Positions 35,047-45,226 of a DNA stretch of 64,000 bases are shown in pieces. The stretch's first letter is position 1; each line of letters begins with the position of its first letter. A model generated the notes under the pieces. That model was not told the DNA's origin. It made no database searches and saw only the letters and a program-made list of their open reading frames with translations. The stretch lies in the NCBI GenBank assembly GCA_041651235.1, contig JBAZJQ010000001.1, positions 31,673 through 95,672 of the forward strand. Reading direction: 5' to 3'. This stretch comes from Candidatus Pacearchaeota archaeon (lineage in GTDB: Archaea; Nanobdellota; Nanobdellia; Pacearchaeales; GW2011-AR1). Made by a program: the position numbers and the translations under genes.

Positions 35047-37524
35047 ATGAAAAAAAGAGGGCAGAGTCAAATTATTACAACTATTTTGATAATCTTATTA
35101 GTCCTTGTTGCAATTATTGTTATTTGGAATGTTGTTTCAGGAGTTATAAAAACTAGTTCTGATAAAATAACAATAGCCCCGTTTGTGAACCAAGCTGAAA
35201 TTGAATCTTTAACATTACAAAACGGAGGGGTAACTGCTTTAGTTGGAGTTAAGAGAACAGGGGGAGATGATGAATTAGCTGGATTAAAAATCATATTTGA
35301 AGATGGAAATAAAAATATTTATATTTATGAAAATTTAACAGATTATCCTAAAAATTTAGAAACTAAATATTATACTATCCAAAACACAGATACTAAACCA
35401 GAAATTTCTAATTTCAGTATTGTAGAAAAAACATCTGTTGTTCTTTTAGTAATGGATAGTACTAAAGATAAAACCAATTGTACTGCTGAAGCCAATGTTA
35501 TTACTTGTGGGACTTGGGTATGTGGAAATAAAATAAATAATTGCGGACAAAGTGTAAGCTGTGGAAATTGCAGTGGAAATTGCAATAATGGGAATTGTGA
35601 ATTGATTAATATTGGATATTCCAATAATATCACCCAATATGGAATTACTTGGCATTTTGATAAACAAATGGAATTTGGGACTTATGCAAACGGCGACTAT
35701 TGGGTTGTTGGTCCAGTGAATATTACTCAAATTGAACCGGAACCTGTTTGCGACATAAGTAATGGAAGGCATGGAACTATGATTAATCCAAGATTTAATA
35801 ACCAGCAAGGATATGATGCACGAGCACCAGGATATAATCTTACCTTATGCAAAGTAAAAGCTAGTGCATCTCCAGGAGATTCAGTTATTTCAACAATTAG
35901 CTTGCCTAACCAGATTGGATTTACATTTGTTAAATCTGCATCTGTATTAACTATTGTGGATGTACCTCAATCTTCAGATAAATTCAGACCTCCTTATACA
36001 AGACCAACAAGAATAAAAGAAAGCTCGCAAGATAATTTGGTTTATTCCTCCAATAATATTAATTATGAGCTTCTTCCAAAATTAATGCCAATTTCAGCTA
36101 CCCCCCTTTTATCCCAAACAGAAAAAAAATTTGAAAGAGTTTGGATAGAGCATTTTGAAGGATGGGAACTTGGAAGAATCCAGCCATATGATAATATGGC
36201 AGACTATGGCAGAGAGAATAGTGTGGATGTATCTGAAGCATCTTTACAATTACTTCTTAATTATTCAAATCAGGACAAGAAAAAACTTTTAATTGGATTT
36301 ATGCAATATGGGATCGATCTCTATGGAATTTATCTTGATAATGGAGAATGGCATCCGGATGGAGGTATATTTATGGGGAGAAAGTGGCCTTTATTATTTA
36401 CTGGGATAATGTTGAATAATTCTATCAAAAATATAGAGATGAATCCAGAAAGATTTCAAGAAGATGGCCAAACCTTTTATGTTAGCCCCCCTGAAATTTA
36501 TTCTATTCCCTATTATTTAAATTCAAATGGATTATACTCTACATTATCTGAAGGGAAAGCAAAAATAACAAATTCAAGTAATGTTGTGGAGGGGATAAAC
36601 ACATTATGGAAAAGTTCAGGTATAATCGAAGGAGACAGCATAATTGGAACTGATGGAAAAAAATATACCTGTATAACTAAACATATTTCAAATGAATCTA
36701 CAAGGCCTATATCTGGCAATGTCTGGCAAAATTATTGGATATTGAATAATAATGCCCAATATGTCTTTAGCTGGGCAAATAATTCAGAATATAAAATTGC
36801 ATTTTTTGGGGTTGAAAATGATTCTTATGAGGCTTATAACCCTAATGGAAAAGCTCACGTTATAAGTAAAATAATCGACGATACTCATCTTCTTCTTGAA
36901 GATAACTATCGTGGAAATACAGACTTGAGCGGAAATGCAAATTTTAAAATAGGAAATATTTTAGTTTATTATGGTCATGGCAATCCTTCTAAAGTATTTG
37001 ACTTTACAGAATATACAAATAATAATCTTGGACTTCCTGAGTGGGGATTACAACATGCAACTCAGCCGGGAATTGATGGATTAAATTGGTGGGATGCTGA
37101 TTATAGAACATTAAATGGAGCTTCTTGGCCAGGGACTATTCTTGCGGTGCTTATCCTAGACCAAAATACTTCTTCAAGAAAATTATGGGATCATAATTCT
37201 TTATTTGATTATCAAGATAGATATATGGAAGTAGAATCTATAGATTTTAGTATCTGGGATGGTGTTGGGAAATACAATCGAGCTCTAAAAAATCAGTTTA
37301 TTGAAGGTATGTGGGATACATATAGAAAAAATTATGGATGTATTTGGGTTAGAAACAATAAGACAGATATTTATTCTCAGGGGCATTATGAATGTGAAAA
37401 TAAAAATATTTCATGCGCTTGGCAAGCTGAAATGTGTGTAGGGTGTATCCAAGTTTCAAGCTGTCCCTCTTATCCTAACCAAAGAGCATATGATTATGAC
37501 CCTTGTAATTTGGGATGTAATTAA
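35047..37524 (+). CDS. large pilin-like adhesin (class III signal KRG|QSQIITTILIILLVLVAIIV) with Cys-rich modules
   Basis: 825 aa. N-terminus is a classic archaeal prepilin signal with Gln at +1. CGNKINNCGQSVSCGNCSGNCNNGNC cluster. Confidence 0.65.
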   Translation: MKKRGQSQIITTILIILLVLVAIIVIWNVVSGVIKTSSDKITIAPFVNQAEIESLTLQNGGVTALVGVKRTGGDDELAGLKIIFEDGNKNIYIYENLTDYPKNLETKYYTIQNTDTKPEISNFSIVEKTSVVLLVMDSTKDKTNCTAEANVITCGTWVCGNKINNCGQSVSCGNCSGNCNNGNCELINIGYSNNITQYGITWHFDKQMEFGTYANGDYWVVGPVNITQIEPEPVCDISNGRHGTMINPRFNNQQGYDARAPGYNLTLCKVKASASPGDSVISTISLPNQIGFTFVKSASVLTIVDVPQSSDKFRPPYTRPTRIKESSQDNLVYSSNNINYELLPKLMPISATPLLSQTEKKFERVWIEHFEGWELGRIQPYDNMADYGRENSVDVSEASLQLLLNYSNQDKKKLLIGFMQYGIDLYGIYLDNGEWHPDGGIFMGRKWPLLFTGIMLNNSIKNIEMNPERFQEDGQTFYVSPPEIYSIPYYLNSNGLYSTLSEGKAKITNSSNVVEGINTLWKSSGIIEGDSIIGTDGKKYTCITKHISNESTRPISGNVWQNYWILNNNAQYVFSWANNSEYKIAFFGVENDSYEAYNPNGKAHVISKIIDDTHLLLEDNYRGNTDLSGNANFKIGNILVYYGHGNPSKVFDFTEYTNNNLGLPEWGLQHATQPGIDGLNWWDADYRTLNGASWPGTILAVLILDQNTSSRKLWDHNSLFDYQDRYMEVESIDFSIWDGVGKYNRALKNQFIEGMWDTYRKNYGCIWVRNNKTDIYSQGHYECENKNISCAWQAEMCVGCIQVSSCPSYPNQRAYDYDPCNLGCN

Positions 37525-37536
37525 CAAAGACATTAA

Positions 37537-37565
37537 TTTGATTTACCTCAATTCGATAAATCAAA
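37537..37565. terminator. hairpin (9-bp stem tttgattta/taaatcaaa) plus T-rich tail between convergent genes
   Basis: Also an 18-bp direct repeat aatttgatttacctcaat at 37534-37551 and 37589-37606. Confidence 0.35.
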
Positions 37566-37595
37566 TCTTGGTTTATATTTTATTGCTAATTTGAT

Positions 37596-39500
37596 TTACC
37601 TCAATCTTAAAGTCTCTAGATTTCTTGGGACATTTGTTTCAATGTGATGTAATTTGTATATGCTGGATGCTAAATCCATGCATTTACTTTGCTCTCCATG
37701 ATTAATAATAATTCTATTTGCTCTTGGTTGAGTCCTATTTGCAAATTCTAGTAATTCATTTCTTCCTGCGTGAGCAGTTAGTCCTGCGATTGTAGTTATC
37801 TGCATATTTACTTCAACTAATTCTTCTTTTCCATCAATATTCATTTGAACTTGTTTTGCTCCATCTTGTACTTGTCTTCCTAAAGAACCAACTCCCTGAT
37901 AACAAACAAAACACATTCTGTTATTTGGATTTGTTGCAAAATGTCTAAAGTATTCTACTGAAGCTCCTCCAACTAACATTCCTGAAGTTGCAAGAACAAC
38001 ACAAGGTCCTCCTTCAATAACTTGCTTTCTTTCAGACGGGCTTCCTACTCTCTGAAAAGTATCTGAAACAAAGGGGTTATTATCTTGGAAAATCTCTGTT
38101 CTTACATTTGCATTTAAGAAATCAGGATAAGCTGTATGAATTCCATTAATATCCCAAATCATACCATCAATATAAATAGGAACTTTTGGAAGCCTGTTTT
38201 GCCTCATTGCTTCTTCTAAAACAAGCATTGTTTCCTGAGCTCTTCCTAATCCTAGTTCTGGAATTAAAACTTTTCCGCCCTTGTCAATTGTTTCTTTAAT
38301 ATTATTAATTAATTCATCTTCTGAATCTTTTCTTGGAGGAAGAACATCATTTTTGCTTCCATAAGTTGATTCAATAATCATTGTTTCTAGTCTTGGGAAA
38401 TTTGCAATTGCTCTTTCTAATAGTTTTGTTCTCTGGAACTTCATATCTCCTGTGTAAAGCAAATTATGAGCTCCATTTCCAATATTTATATGAACCATTG
38501 CACTTCCTAGTGCATGTCCTGAATTATAAAATGTAATTCTCATGTCAGGTGCAATATCAGAAACTTCATTATAATCAAGACAAATAGTATGCTTGACCAT
38601 TTCTTTTATATCTGTTGAAGAAAATAAGGGTGCTGATGCTTGTTTATATGCAACTCCAATAAAATCTAATGCTAATAATGCGGCAATATCTCTTGTGGGT
38701 GCAGTCATATAAACTGGACCAGTATAACCCATTTTAAATAAATAAGGAACTAACCCTGAATGGTCTAGATGAGCATGACTTAAAATAATTGCATCTAGCT
38801 CGTTTATTTTAAATTCACTTACATCTAGATAAGGAAATTTTTCTTTTCCTCTTCCAGCAACATCAATTCCACAATCTAAAAGGACTTTGGTGTTTTGAGT
38901 TTGGAGTAATAAACATGACCTTCCAACTTGTCTTCCTCCTCCAAGCATAGTTATCCTAATCCAGCCTTCTATTTTTTCTGGATTCCATTCTTTGTAAATC
39001 TTTTTTCCAACTGAATTTAAGAATTTTTTTCTTGAATTATTATTTGCATATAAAACAGCTCTTATGCTTTCTGTTATTTTTGATTTAATTGCAGGACTTC
39101 TTTGAACCTGAGGAGTCCATAGTGATTTATCTCTTATCTCTTTAAGAATTAATCCATTTCTCCCTATAACTAAACCTGGTCTTTTTGCCTCAATTACAAC
39201 TATACTTCTTTGAGTATCAAATAAAATATCAGTTAAATCAGCTTCTGAGGGAATTTCAGCTCTAATTATTTTTTCTGTTTCTTCTTGAGTTTTAAGAACA
39301 GTTGTTTCTGCTCTTAGCTCAATTCTCTTTTTGAATTTATTAACAAGCTCTTTAATAATGCCTCCGTTATCTCTGAAAAAATCCAAATCCTCTGTGTATA
39401 CAACTATGTTTGCTCCTTCAAAACTTGCATTGCTTATTACCTTTGGCAAATCTTTTTGTATATCCTTTAGAATATCTGTTGACATTTTTATACACCTCAA
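37596..39500 (-). CDS. fttA: aCPSF1/FttA (KH plus beta-CASP metallo-beta-lactamase ribonuclease, transcription termination factor)
   Basis: 634 aa. HAHLDHSG motif, beta-CASP region, N-terminal KH-like region. Confidence 0.85.
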   Translation of the reverse strand: MRCIKMSTDILKDIQKDLPKVISNASFEGANIVVYTEDLDFFRDNGGIIKELVNKFKKRIELRAETTVLKTQEETEKIIRAEIPSEADLTDILFDTQRSIVVIEAKRPGLVIGRNGLILKEIRDKSLWTPQVQRSPAIKSKITESIRAVLYANNNSRKKFLNSVGKKIYKEWNPEKIEGWIRITMLGGGRQVGRSCLLLQTQNTKVLLDCGIDVAGRGKEKFPYLDVSEFKINELDAIILSHAHLDHSGLVPYLFKMGYTGPVYMTAPTRDIAALLALDFIGVAYKQASAPLFSSTDIKEMVKHTICLDYNEVSDIAPDMRITFYNSGHALGSAMVHINIGNGAHNLLYTGDMKFQRTKLLERAIANFPRLETMIIESTYGSKNDVLPPRKDSEDELINNIKETIDKGGKVLIPELGLGRAQETMLVLEEAMRQNRLPKVPIYIDGMIWDINGIHTAYPDFLNANVRTEIFQDNNPFVSDTFQRVGSPSERKQVIEGGPCVVLATSGMLVGGASVEYFRHFATNPNNRMCFVCYQGVGSLGRQVQDGAKQVQMNIDGKEELVEVNMQITTIAGLTAHAGRNELLEFANRTQPRANRIIINHGEQSKCMDLASSIYKLHHIETNVPRNLETLRLR

Positions 39501-39511
39501 TAAGTATGATT

Positions 39512-40195
39512 TTACTCCCTGTTTTTGTATTCTGGAATAATCTCTTGACTAACTACATGTTTAATTCCTTCTTTAGTTAATGAATACACATCTATTCCGC
39601 TTCCTGATGCAACATCTCTTTCAGAAGAAGATTTCAAGGCTTCAACTGCTAATGCTACTCCTTCGCCCACAGAAAGATCTTCTTTATATTGTCTCTCTAA
39701 TAATCCCCAAATAAACATCATTCCACTTCCATCTGCATCATAAGTGTTTATTTCTTTTATTGCTCCATCTGGTGAAATATTGTATAATTCTGCTTTACCA
39801 TCTTCATTAACTCCTGCAACTAAACTTGCAACAATTGCTGGAATCATTGAAGGCTGCCTTATATTTTGAAAATAAAAAGATGAAATAAAATGAGCAGATT
39901 CTTTTACAGAAGCTCTTTTTTTAGATTTTAATTCTTTTAGTCTTAATTGAGCTCCAACCATTTTTAGAGCCATTTGAGCATCAGAAACCTGCCCTGCAAT
40001 TGAGACAAGTAAATAATCATTAACTTTGTAAATTTTCTGGAAATTTTTATGTGCAATAATCTGGCCTCCTAGAGTCATTTTTCTATCTGCAGCTAATACT
40101 ACTCCGTCTTTGCAAACAATTCCAACTAAACTTGTACCAGTTTTTAGAATATTTTTCTTTAAATCTTCATCCATTTTATATGTATTAAAATCCAT
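39512..40195 (-). CDS. psmB: proteasome beta subunit
   Basis: Propeptide then TSLVGIVCKDGVVLAADRKMT, which is Ntn Thr with the proteasome beta signature. Confidence 0.85.
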   Translation of the reverse strand: MDFNTYKMDEDLKKNILKTGTSLVGIVCKDGVVLAADRKMTLGGQIIAHKNFQKIYKVNDYLLVSIAGQVSDAQMALKMVGAQLRLKELKSKKRASVKESAHFISSFYFQNIRQPSMIPAIVASLVAGVNEDGKAELYNISPDGAIKEINTYDADGSGMMFIWGLLERQYKEDLSVGEGVALAVEALKSSSERDVASGSGIDVYSLTKEGIKHVVSQEIIPEYKNRE

Positions 40196-40235
40196 AATTC
40201 GTTTAGAATCTATAAATTTGATAAAGATTATGGGT

Positions 40236-40508
40236 TTATAAAGTTTTTTGTTGAAGGTATTCAGCTACATTTATTGCTCTTTTGGTTAGATTTTTCAAAT
40301 CTTCATATATATTCCTCTGAGCTGTCATAATTAATATTCCTTCAGCAATTGCAAAATCTTTTACTCTTATATCCATATCAGCTAGATGTCTTATTAATCC
40401 CTCTTGAGAATCTTCGTAATGAGGAATCTTACTAAAACATAATTTATTGGTTACATTTCTTATAATATCTCCATGAAGTATATAGGTTTTAAAATCTGAT
40501 TCTTCCAT
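40236..40508 (-). CDS. hypothetical protein
   Basis: 90-aa ORF. tttttataaaag TATA-like sequence lies about 25 nt upstream of it on the minus strand. Confidence 0.4.
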   Translation of the reverse strand: MEESDFKTYILHGDIIRNVTNKLCFSKIPHYEDSQEGLIRHLADMDIRVKDFAIAEGILIMTAQRNIYEDLKNLTKRAINVAEYLQQKTL

Positions 40509-40610
40509 TTTGTTTTTGCCTGCATCTTTTTATAAAAGACGCATCAGAACTCTTTTTCCCTTTGGGCTGATTTTAATGATAGTTGGATATTTATAAAGTT
40601 TTTTGTTTAG

Positions 40611-41015
40611 TTAAAATAAAACATCAATAATCTCTTCTGTTGATAAAACTCTTATTTTATCTTGGGCTTTTAATAAAGAGTCATTACTCCAAAGAAAACA
40701 GGAATATTTTAAGCATAAAGCAATAAATTCTGTATCTCCTTTGTCGGGGGATAATTTTTCTGCTTCTTTTAAAAAATCATAATAATCTTTTTTATCTATA
40801 AAATTAATTATCTCTTTTAAATTGTTTATTTCTATATCAAACTCTTTTCTTGTTAGATTTGTTTTATTTATTATTTCTTTGGAATATTTTTCTAATTCTT
40901 TTAAAGTGATTATTGGCGATATAAGTTCGAGATTAGAAGTAGTTAAAAGTTTTCTTGTTATAGATTTTTTCCAAAAAAAACTAAACAGAATATTAGTATC
41001 TACTACTATTTTCAT
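40611..41015 (-). CDS. vapC: PIN-domain toxin (VapC-like)
   Basis: MKIVVDTNILFSFF has the N-terminal PIN acidic motif. 134 aa. Confidence 0.65.
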   Translation of the reverse strand: MKIVVDTNILFSFFWKKSITRKLLTTSNLELISPIITLKELEKYSKEIINKTNLTRKEFDIEINNLKEIINFIDKKDYYDFLKEAEKLSPDKGDTEFIALCLKYSCFLWSNDSLLKAQDKIRVLSTEEIIDVLF

Positions 41016-41236
41016 TTTCTCCCTTCTCTTACTAAATTAACTGCCCATTCATTAAACTCTTTCTCTTTTTTTAGCTGGCTTAATAGCTCTTCTTTTATAG
41101 CAAGTTTTCTAGCTTTCTCGCTAATACATTGTCTTACTAAACCACTCCAATTAACTTCAGGGAATTTTTTCATTAATTCTCTTACTTCTTCTGGAACTGA
41201 TATTGTTATGCTTACCATTTTTATGTGTAAAAACAT
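41012..41236 (-). CDS. vapB: VapB-like antitoxin (ribbon-helix/AbrB-type), 4-nt overlap with vapC
   Basis: 74-aa ORF (or from MVSITISVPEEV at 41218). Small DNA-binding-like protein immediately upstream of the PIN gene. Confidence 0.5.
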   Translation of the reverse strand: MFLHIKMVSITISVPEEVRELMKKFPEVNWSGLVRQCISEKARKLAIKEELLSQLKKEKEFNEWAVNLVREGRK

Positions 41237-41304
41237 AAATACGTTATAATATTTAAACCTTTCTCTTTAGATAAAATTATAAACTAAGAGATTTTTGTAG
41301 GAAA

Positions 41305-42903
41305 ATGGATAAAGAAGATGAAATAAGGAATTTTATTGAAGAAATTACAAATAAGATTAAGCCTGTTACAAAAGAGGCTCAGTTGTCTTATTGGAATGCT
41401 GCTCTTTCTGGGAAAAAAGAAGATTATGATAAATATGAAGAATTGCAAGTAAAACTTGAGGAATTATTCCATAATAAAGAAGATTTTGAAAAATCTAGAG
41501 AATTTTTGAAACAAGATGCAGATGAATTGAGCAAAAGGCAAATTGATATTTTGTATAGAGCTTTTCTTGGGTCTCAGGGAGATATTAATCTTATCAAAGA
41601 GATTATAAAAAAGTCAACTGAAATAGAAAAAAAGTTCAATACATTCAGAGCAAAGGTTAATGATAAAGAATATACAGATAATCAAATAAAAGATATACTA
41701 AAAGAAGAAAATGACTCTGAGAAACTTAGAGAGTTTTGGGAGGCAAGTAAAAAACAAGGAGAACTTGTTGAAAAAGAGCTTATAGAGATAATAAAATTAA
41801 GAAATGAGCTAGCAAAAAGTCTTGGATTTGAGAATTATCACACAATGTCTTTAGAGTTAAGTGAGCAGAAAGTAGAAGATATAAGTTCTGTTTATGATAA
41901 GCTTGCTGAATTAACTGAAATTCCTTTTAGGAATTTAAAAAATGAAATGGATTCTATTTTAGCAAAAAGATATAATATTGAAGTGAGTGAATTAAAACCA
42001 TGGCACTATCATGATTTATTTTTTCAAGAAGGTCCAAGAGTGTATAAGATTGATTTAGATGAATATTATTCTGAAGATGTTATTGAATTTGCTAAGAAAT
42101 TCTATAAAAGTATTGGTTTAGATGCTGAAGATATTTTAGATAGAAGTGATTTATATGAAAAACCTGGAAAATATCAACATGCATGCTGTATAGACATAGA
42201 CAGAGAGGGAGATGTAAGAATTATACAAAACACAAAAAATGACTATCATTGGATGAGTACTACTTTACATGAACTTGGGCATGCTGTTTATGACAAAAAT
42301 ATTAATAAAAATCTTCCTTATTTTTTAAGAAGTCACGCTCATATTTTTGTTACAGAAGCTATTGCCATGTTAATGGGAAGATTAGTAGAAAATAAAAATT
42401 TTATTGAAAAATATTGTTCAAAAGAATTAGATGAAGAAATCTCTAGGGAGATATTTAAATCTTTAAAATCAAGACAGCTTGTTTTTGCAAGATGGGCTCA
42501 AGTTATGTTTAATTTTGAAAAAGAGTTATATAAAAATCCTGAACAGGATTTAAACAAATTATGGTATAATATTGTTAAAAAATATCAGATGCTGAATTTT
42601 TTCAGAGATAAACCTGACTGGGCTTCAAAAATACATTTTGTAAGCTCTCCTGCTTATTATCATAATTATCTTTTAGGGGAATTATTAGCTTCTCAGTTAA
42701 ATAATTACATAGCTAAGAATATAATTAAAACAGATTCTCTTAAAATTGATTATTCAGATAATAGAGAAATTGGGACGTATCTTAAAGAAAAAATATTTTC
42801 TCCTGGAAGAAAATATAAATGGAAGGAATTAATTGAAAAAGCAACAGGAGAAAAGTTAAATCCTGAATATTTTGTTAAAGAATTTGTGGATCCTACTGGA
42901 TGA
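41305..42903 (+). CDS. M32-family metallocarboxypeptidase (Taq-like), possibly M3
   Basis: HELGHAVYD zinc motif embedded in DYHWMSTTLHELGHAVYDK. 532 aa. Confidence 0.6.
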   Translation: MDKEDEIRNFIEEITNKIKPVTKEAQLSYWNAALSGKKEDYDKYEELQVKLEELFHNKEDFEKSREFLKQDADELSKRQIDILYRAFLGSQGDINLIKEIIKKSTEIEKKFNTFRAKVNDKEYTDNQIKDILKEENDSEKLREFWEASKKQGELVEKELIEIIKLRNELAKSLGFENYHTMSLELSEQKVEDISSVYDKLAELTEIPFRNLKNEMDSILAKRYNIEVSELKPWHYHDLFFQEGPRVYKIDLDEYYSEDVIEFAKKFYKSIGLDAEDILDRSDLYEKPGKYQHACCIDIDREGDVRIIQNTKNDYHWMSTTLHELGHAVYDKNINKNLPYFLRSHAHIFVTEAIAMLMGRLVENKNFIEKYCSKELDEEISREIFKSLKSRQLVFARWAQVMFNFEKELYKNPEQDLNKLWYNIVKKYQMLNFFRDKPDWASKIHFVSSPAYYHNYLLGELLASQLNNYIAKNIIKTDSLKIDYSDNREIGTYLKEKIFSPGRKYKWKELIEKATGEKLNPEYFVKEFVDPTG

Positions 42904-42927
42904 TATTATGTTGCGATATAAATGATT

Positions 42928-43030
42928 TTTATAATATACCATTCTGATACATTTTGCAGATGAGAAGATTAAAATGGTTATGATAAACAAAAAAGAAACA
43001 GATGGCTTGTTGTTTGTTCTATTAAGATAT
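42928..43030. repeat. intergenic repeat family copy E
   Basis: ...cattttgcagatgagaagattaaaatggttatgataa ... gttctattaagatat. Lies between convergent genes. Confidence 0.6.
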
Positions 43031-43043
43031 TAATATTTTTTAT

Positions 43044-45092
43044 TTAAACTTCTACTTTAGTTATTCCTTTTTCTTTTTTAAATCTGATGATATTATCAAC
43101 AAAACCCTCTATTTTAGGTTCATGAGAAACTAAAATTAATTGTCCTGCATTTAATTCATCGAAAACTTCCCTCATTTTATCCAATTGTTGAGATGAGAAT
43201 CCATCTGTTGGCTCATCTAAAATAATTAAATTTCCTGTTTTAATTTTTGAAAGCAATGAGTTTATTACCTGATTTAGTGAAAGCCTGTATGCTAATGCTA
43301 TTGCTGTTCTTTCTCCTCCTGACAAAAAAGCATAATCTAATTCATAATCCTGCTGTTCAATTATTGGAGAGAAATCGTCATCTAACTTAGCTGTAAGAGA
43401 ATCAGAAACCAGTGTTGAAAACCATTTTGAAAATAATTTTGAAAATTCTTCCTTTAATGTTAAAAGAACTTGCTTTTCAGTAAATAAAACCAAACCCATA
43501 AATCTTTCTGAAATCCAGTATTCTATTTCTCTTAGTTTTTCTGTTTTCTGTTTTATACTCTCTTTTTTGTTTATTTGCTCTTGTTTTTCTTTAATTTGAA
43601 TTTCTGAAAACTGAACTTCCTTATTTGCTTCTGCTTTTTTAATGGCGCATTGATTTTCATTATTTTTAGCTTCAATTAATTCTTTATTTCTTTCTTTAAA
43701 TAAAATGTCATACTTTTCAAATTCAATAATAGAAATATCTAATGATTTCATATGTTTATCTAGCATTTCTAAATCTTTTTGTAATAAGTTTTTTTGTTTT
43801 TCAATTTCTAAGATTCTTTGTTCTTTTTCTTTTATATTCTCAAGTTTAATTTTTGCAAGTTCAAATTCTGATTTTTGTTTTTTGAAATCTTCTTTAATTT
43901 TTTTAGTTTGTTCTAGAGAAGCATTAGTTTGAATCTTTTTTACATTTAATTCCTGCAATTGTTTTGTTATTGTTTCTAGTTCCTGATTAATTTTATTAAA
44001 AATATTGTCTTTATATCCGCTAGACACTTCCTGAAGGCAAGTTGGACAGTTTTGAAGTTTTGAAATTTTATTTTTTAAATCATTAGATTCTTTATTTTTA
44101 TAATCTAAAGAATTTATTGCTCCAATTAGCTCCATATATTCTTTTTGAAGTTCATCTTGCCTATTTTCCTGAAATTTAATTCTTTGATTTAATGCATCAA
44201 ATTCCTCCAGATTAAAAAAGATCTTTTTTCCTTCTTCTAGCTGTAATTTTAAGCTTTTAATGCTGTTTTCAAGTGAAGTTATCTGTTGTTTTTTTTCTGA
44301 AATTAAAACAATTGATTTTGCTTTTTCTGTTTCTAGTGCTCTTTTTTCATTTATTTTCTCCTGGATTTCATTTAGTGCCTGTTCCTTTAGTGTTTTAAAT
44401 TCAGTTACTTTTTCATAATCTAAGATAGCTTGTTTTTGTTTTTCTTTTAACAAAACAAGATTCTCCTGCCTTTGTTGTAGAATCTTTTTTTCTTCTTCTA
44501 AATCATAAAACATTCCTTCATTTAATCTTATTTTTTCTCTTAGTTTAGCTGTTAAAAAAGCTGAATTTTCTTCAATTCTTTTGTATTTGTCTACTCCAAA
44601 AACATGCCTTAAGGTATTAAGTCTTGTATCTCCTGATTCAAGAATAATTTGCTTCATTTCTTCTTGAGGAGTGTAAACTGTAAATTTATACAACAAATTT
44701 GTTTTTTTAGCAAATTCAGAAGGATAATTCAGCAATTGCAATACTTTTGTTTTTATTTCAGTTACACTTCCTTCGAATTTATCTCCCTCTATGGTTATTG
44801 AAGCATAATCCTGGGAAATTGACTTGTTTTTCTTTAAAGTTCTTTCAATAATTATTTGTTTATTATCAATTTCAAATTCCAAAATTACTTTGCAATTATC
44901 TGTTCCATTTCTTAATAAAGAAGAACCTTTTTGACTGGGCTGCAAGCCAAATAAAGCAAATTCAATTGCGAGTAAAATGCTTGTTTTTCCTGAACCAATA
45001 TCTCCTGAAAGAAGAGTTGAACCTTTTGGAAAGATTATTTCTTGTTTTTCGTAACTTCTCACATTTTCTATGTATAATTTTTTTAGTAGCAT
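43044..45092 (-). CDS. rad50: Rad50 SMC-like ATPase (short form)
   Basis: Walker A SGDIGSGKTSIL. CPTC zinc hook. LSGGER signature. DEPT Walker B. Long coiled coil. Confidence 0.85.
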   Translation of the reverse strand: MLLKKLYIENVRSYEKQEIIFPKGSTLLSGDIGSGKTSILLAIEFALFGLQPSQKGSSLLRNGTDNCKVILEFEIDNKQIIIERTLKKNKSISQDYASITIEGDKFEGSVTEIKTKVLQLLNYPSEFAKKTNLLYKFTVYTPQEEMKQIILESGDTRLNTLRHVFGVDKYKRIEENSAFLTAKLREKIRLNEGMFYDLEEEKKILQQRQENLVLLKEKQKQAILDYEKVTEFKTLKEQALNEIQEKINEKRALETEKAKSIVLISEKKQQITSLENSIKSLKLQLEEGKKIFFNLEEFDALNQRIKFQENRQDELQKEYMELIGAINSLDYKNKESNDLKNKISKLQNCPTCLQEVSSGYKDNIFNKINQELETITKQLQELNVKKIQTNASLEQTKKIKEDFKKQKSEFELAKIKLENIKEKEQRILEIEKQKNLLQKDLEMLDKHMKSLDISIIEFEKYDILFKERNKELIEAKNNENQCAIKKAEANKEVQFSEIQIKEKQEQINKKESIKQKTEKLREIEYWISERFMGLVLFTEKQVLLTLKEEFSKLFSKWFSTLVSDSLTAKLDDDFSPIIEQQDYELDYAFLSGGERTAIALAYRLSLNQVINSLLSKIKTGNLIILDEPTDGFSSQQLDKMREVFDELNAGQLILVSHEPKIEGFVDNIIRFKKEKGITKVEV

Positions 45093-45131
45093 TTTTTATT
45101 TGAATTTGTGAGTAATATTTAATTTATTTTG

Positions 45132-45208
45132 ATAATCTATTAGGACAAACTTTTTGCAGATGATAAAATGAATATATTTATGATTAACTGCGTTATTTAT
45201 TAGATTGT
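45132..45208. repeat. intergenic repeat family copy F
   Basis: ataatctattaggacaaactttttgcagatgataaaatg ... ttatttattagattg. Confidence 0.55.
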
Positions 45209-45226
45209 ATTTATTATTAATTTTTG

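Noticed and set aside
37534-37606. Two 18-bp direct repeats aatttgatttacctcaat, considered as a mini CRISPR-like array
   Set aside because: Only two copies with a 37-bp spacer and no cas genes. The region is better explained as convergent terminator hairpins.
40232-40607. 18-bp exact repeat tttataaagttttttgtt at 40233-40250 and 40590-40607, considered as target-site duplication of an inserted cassette
   Set aside because: The first copy encodes the C-terminus of the 40236 gene. The repeats flank that gene rather than the VapBC pair. A TATA-box-like promoter reuse is more parsimonious.
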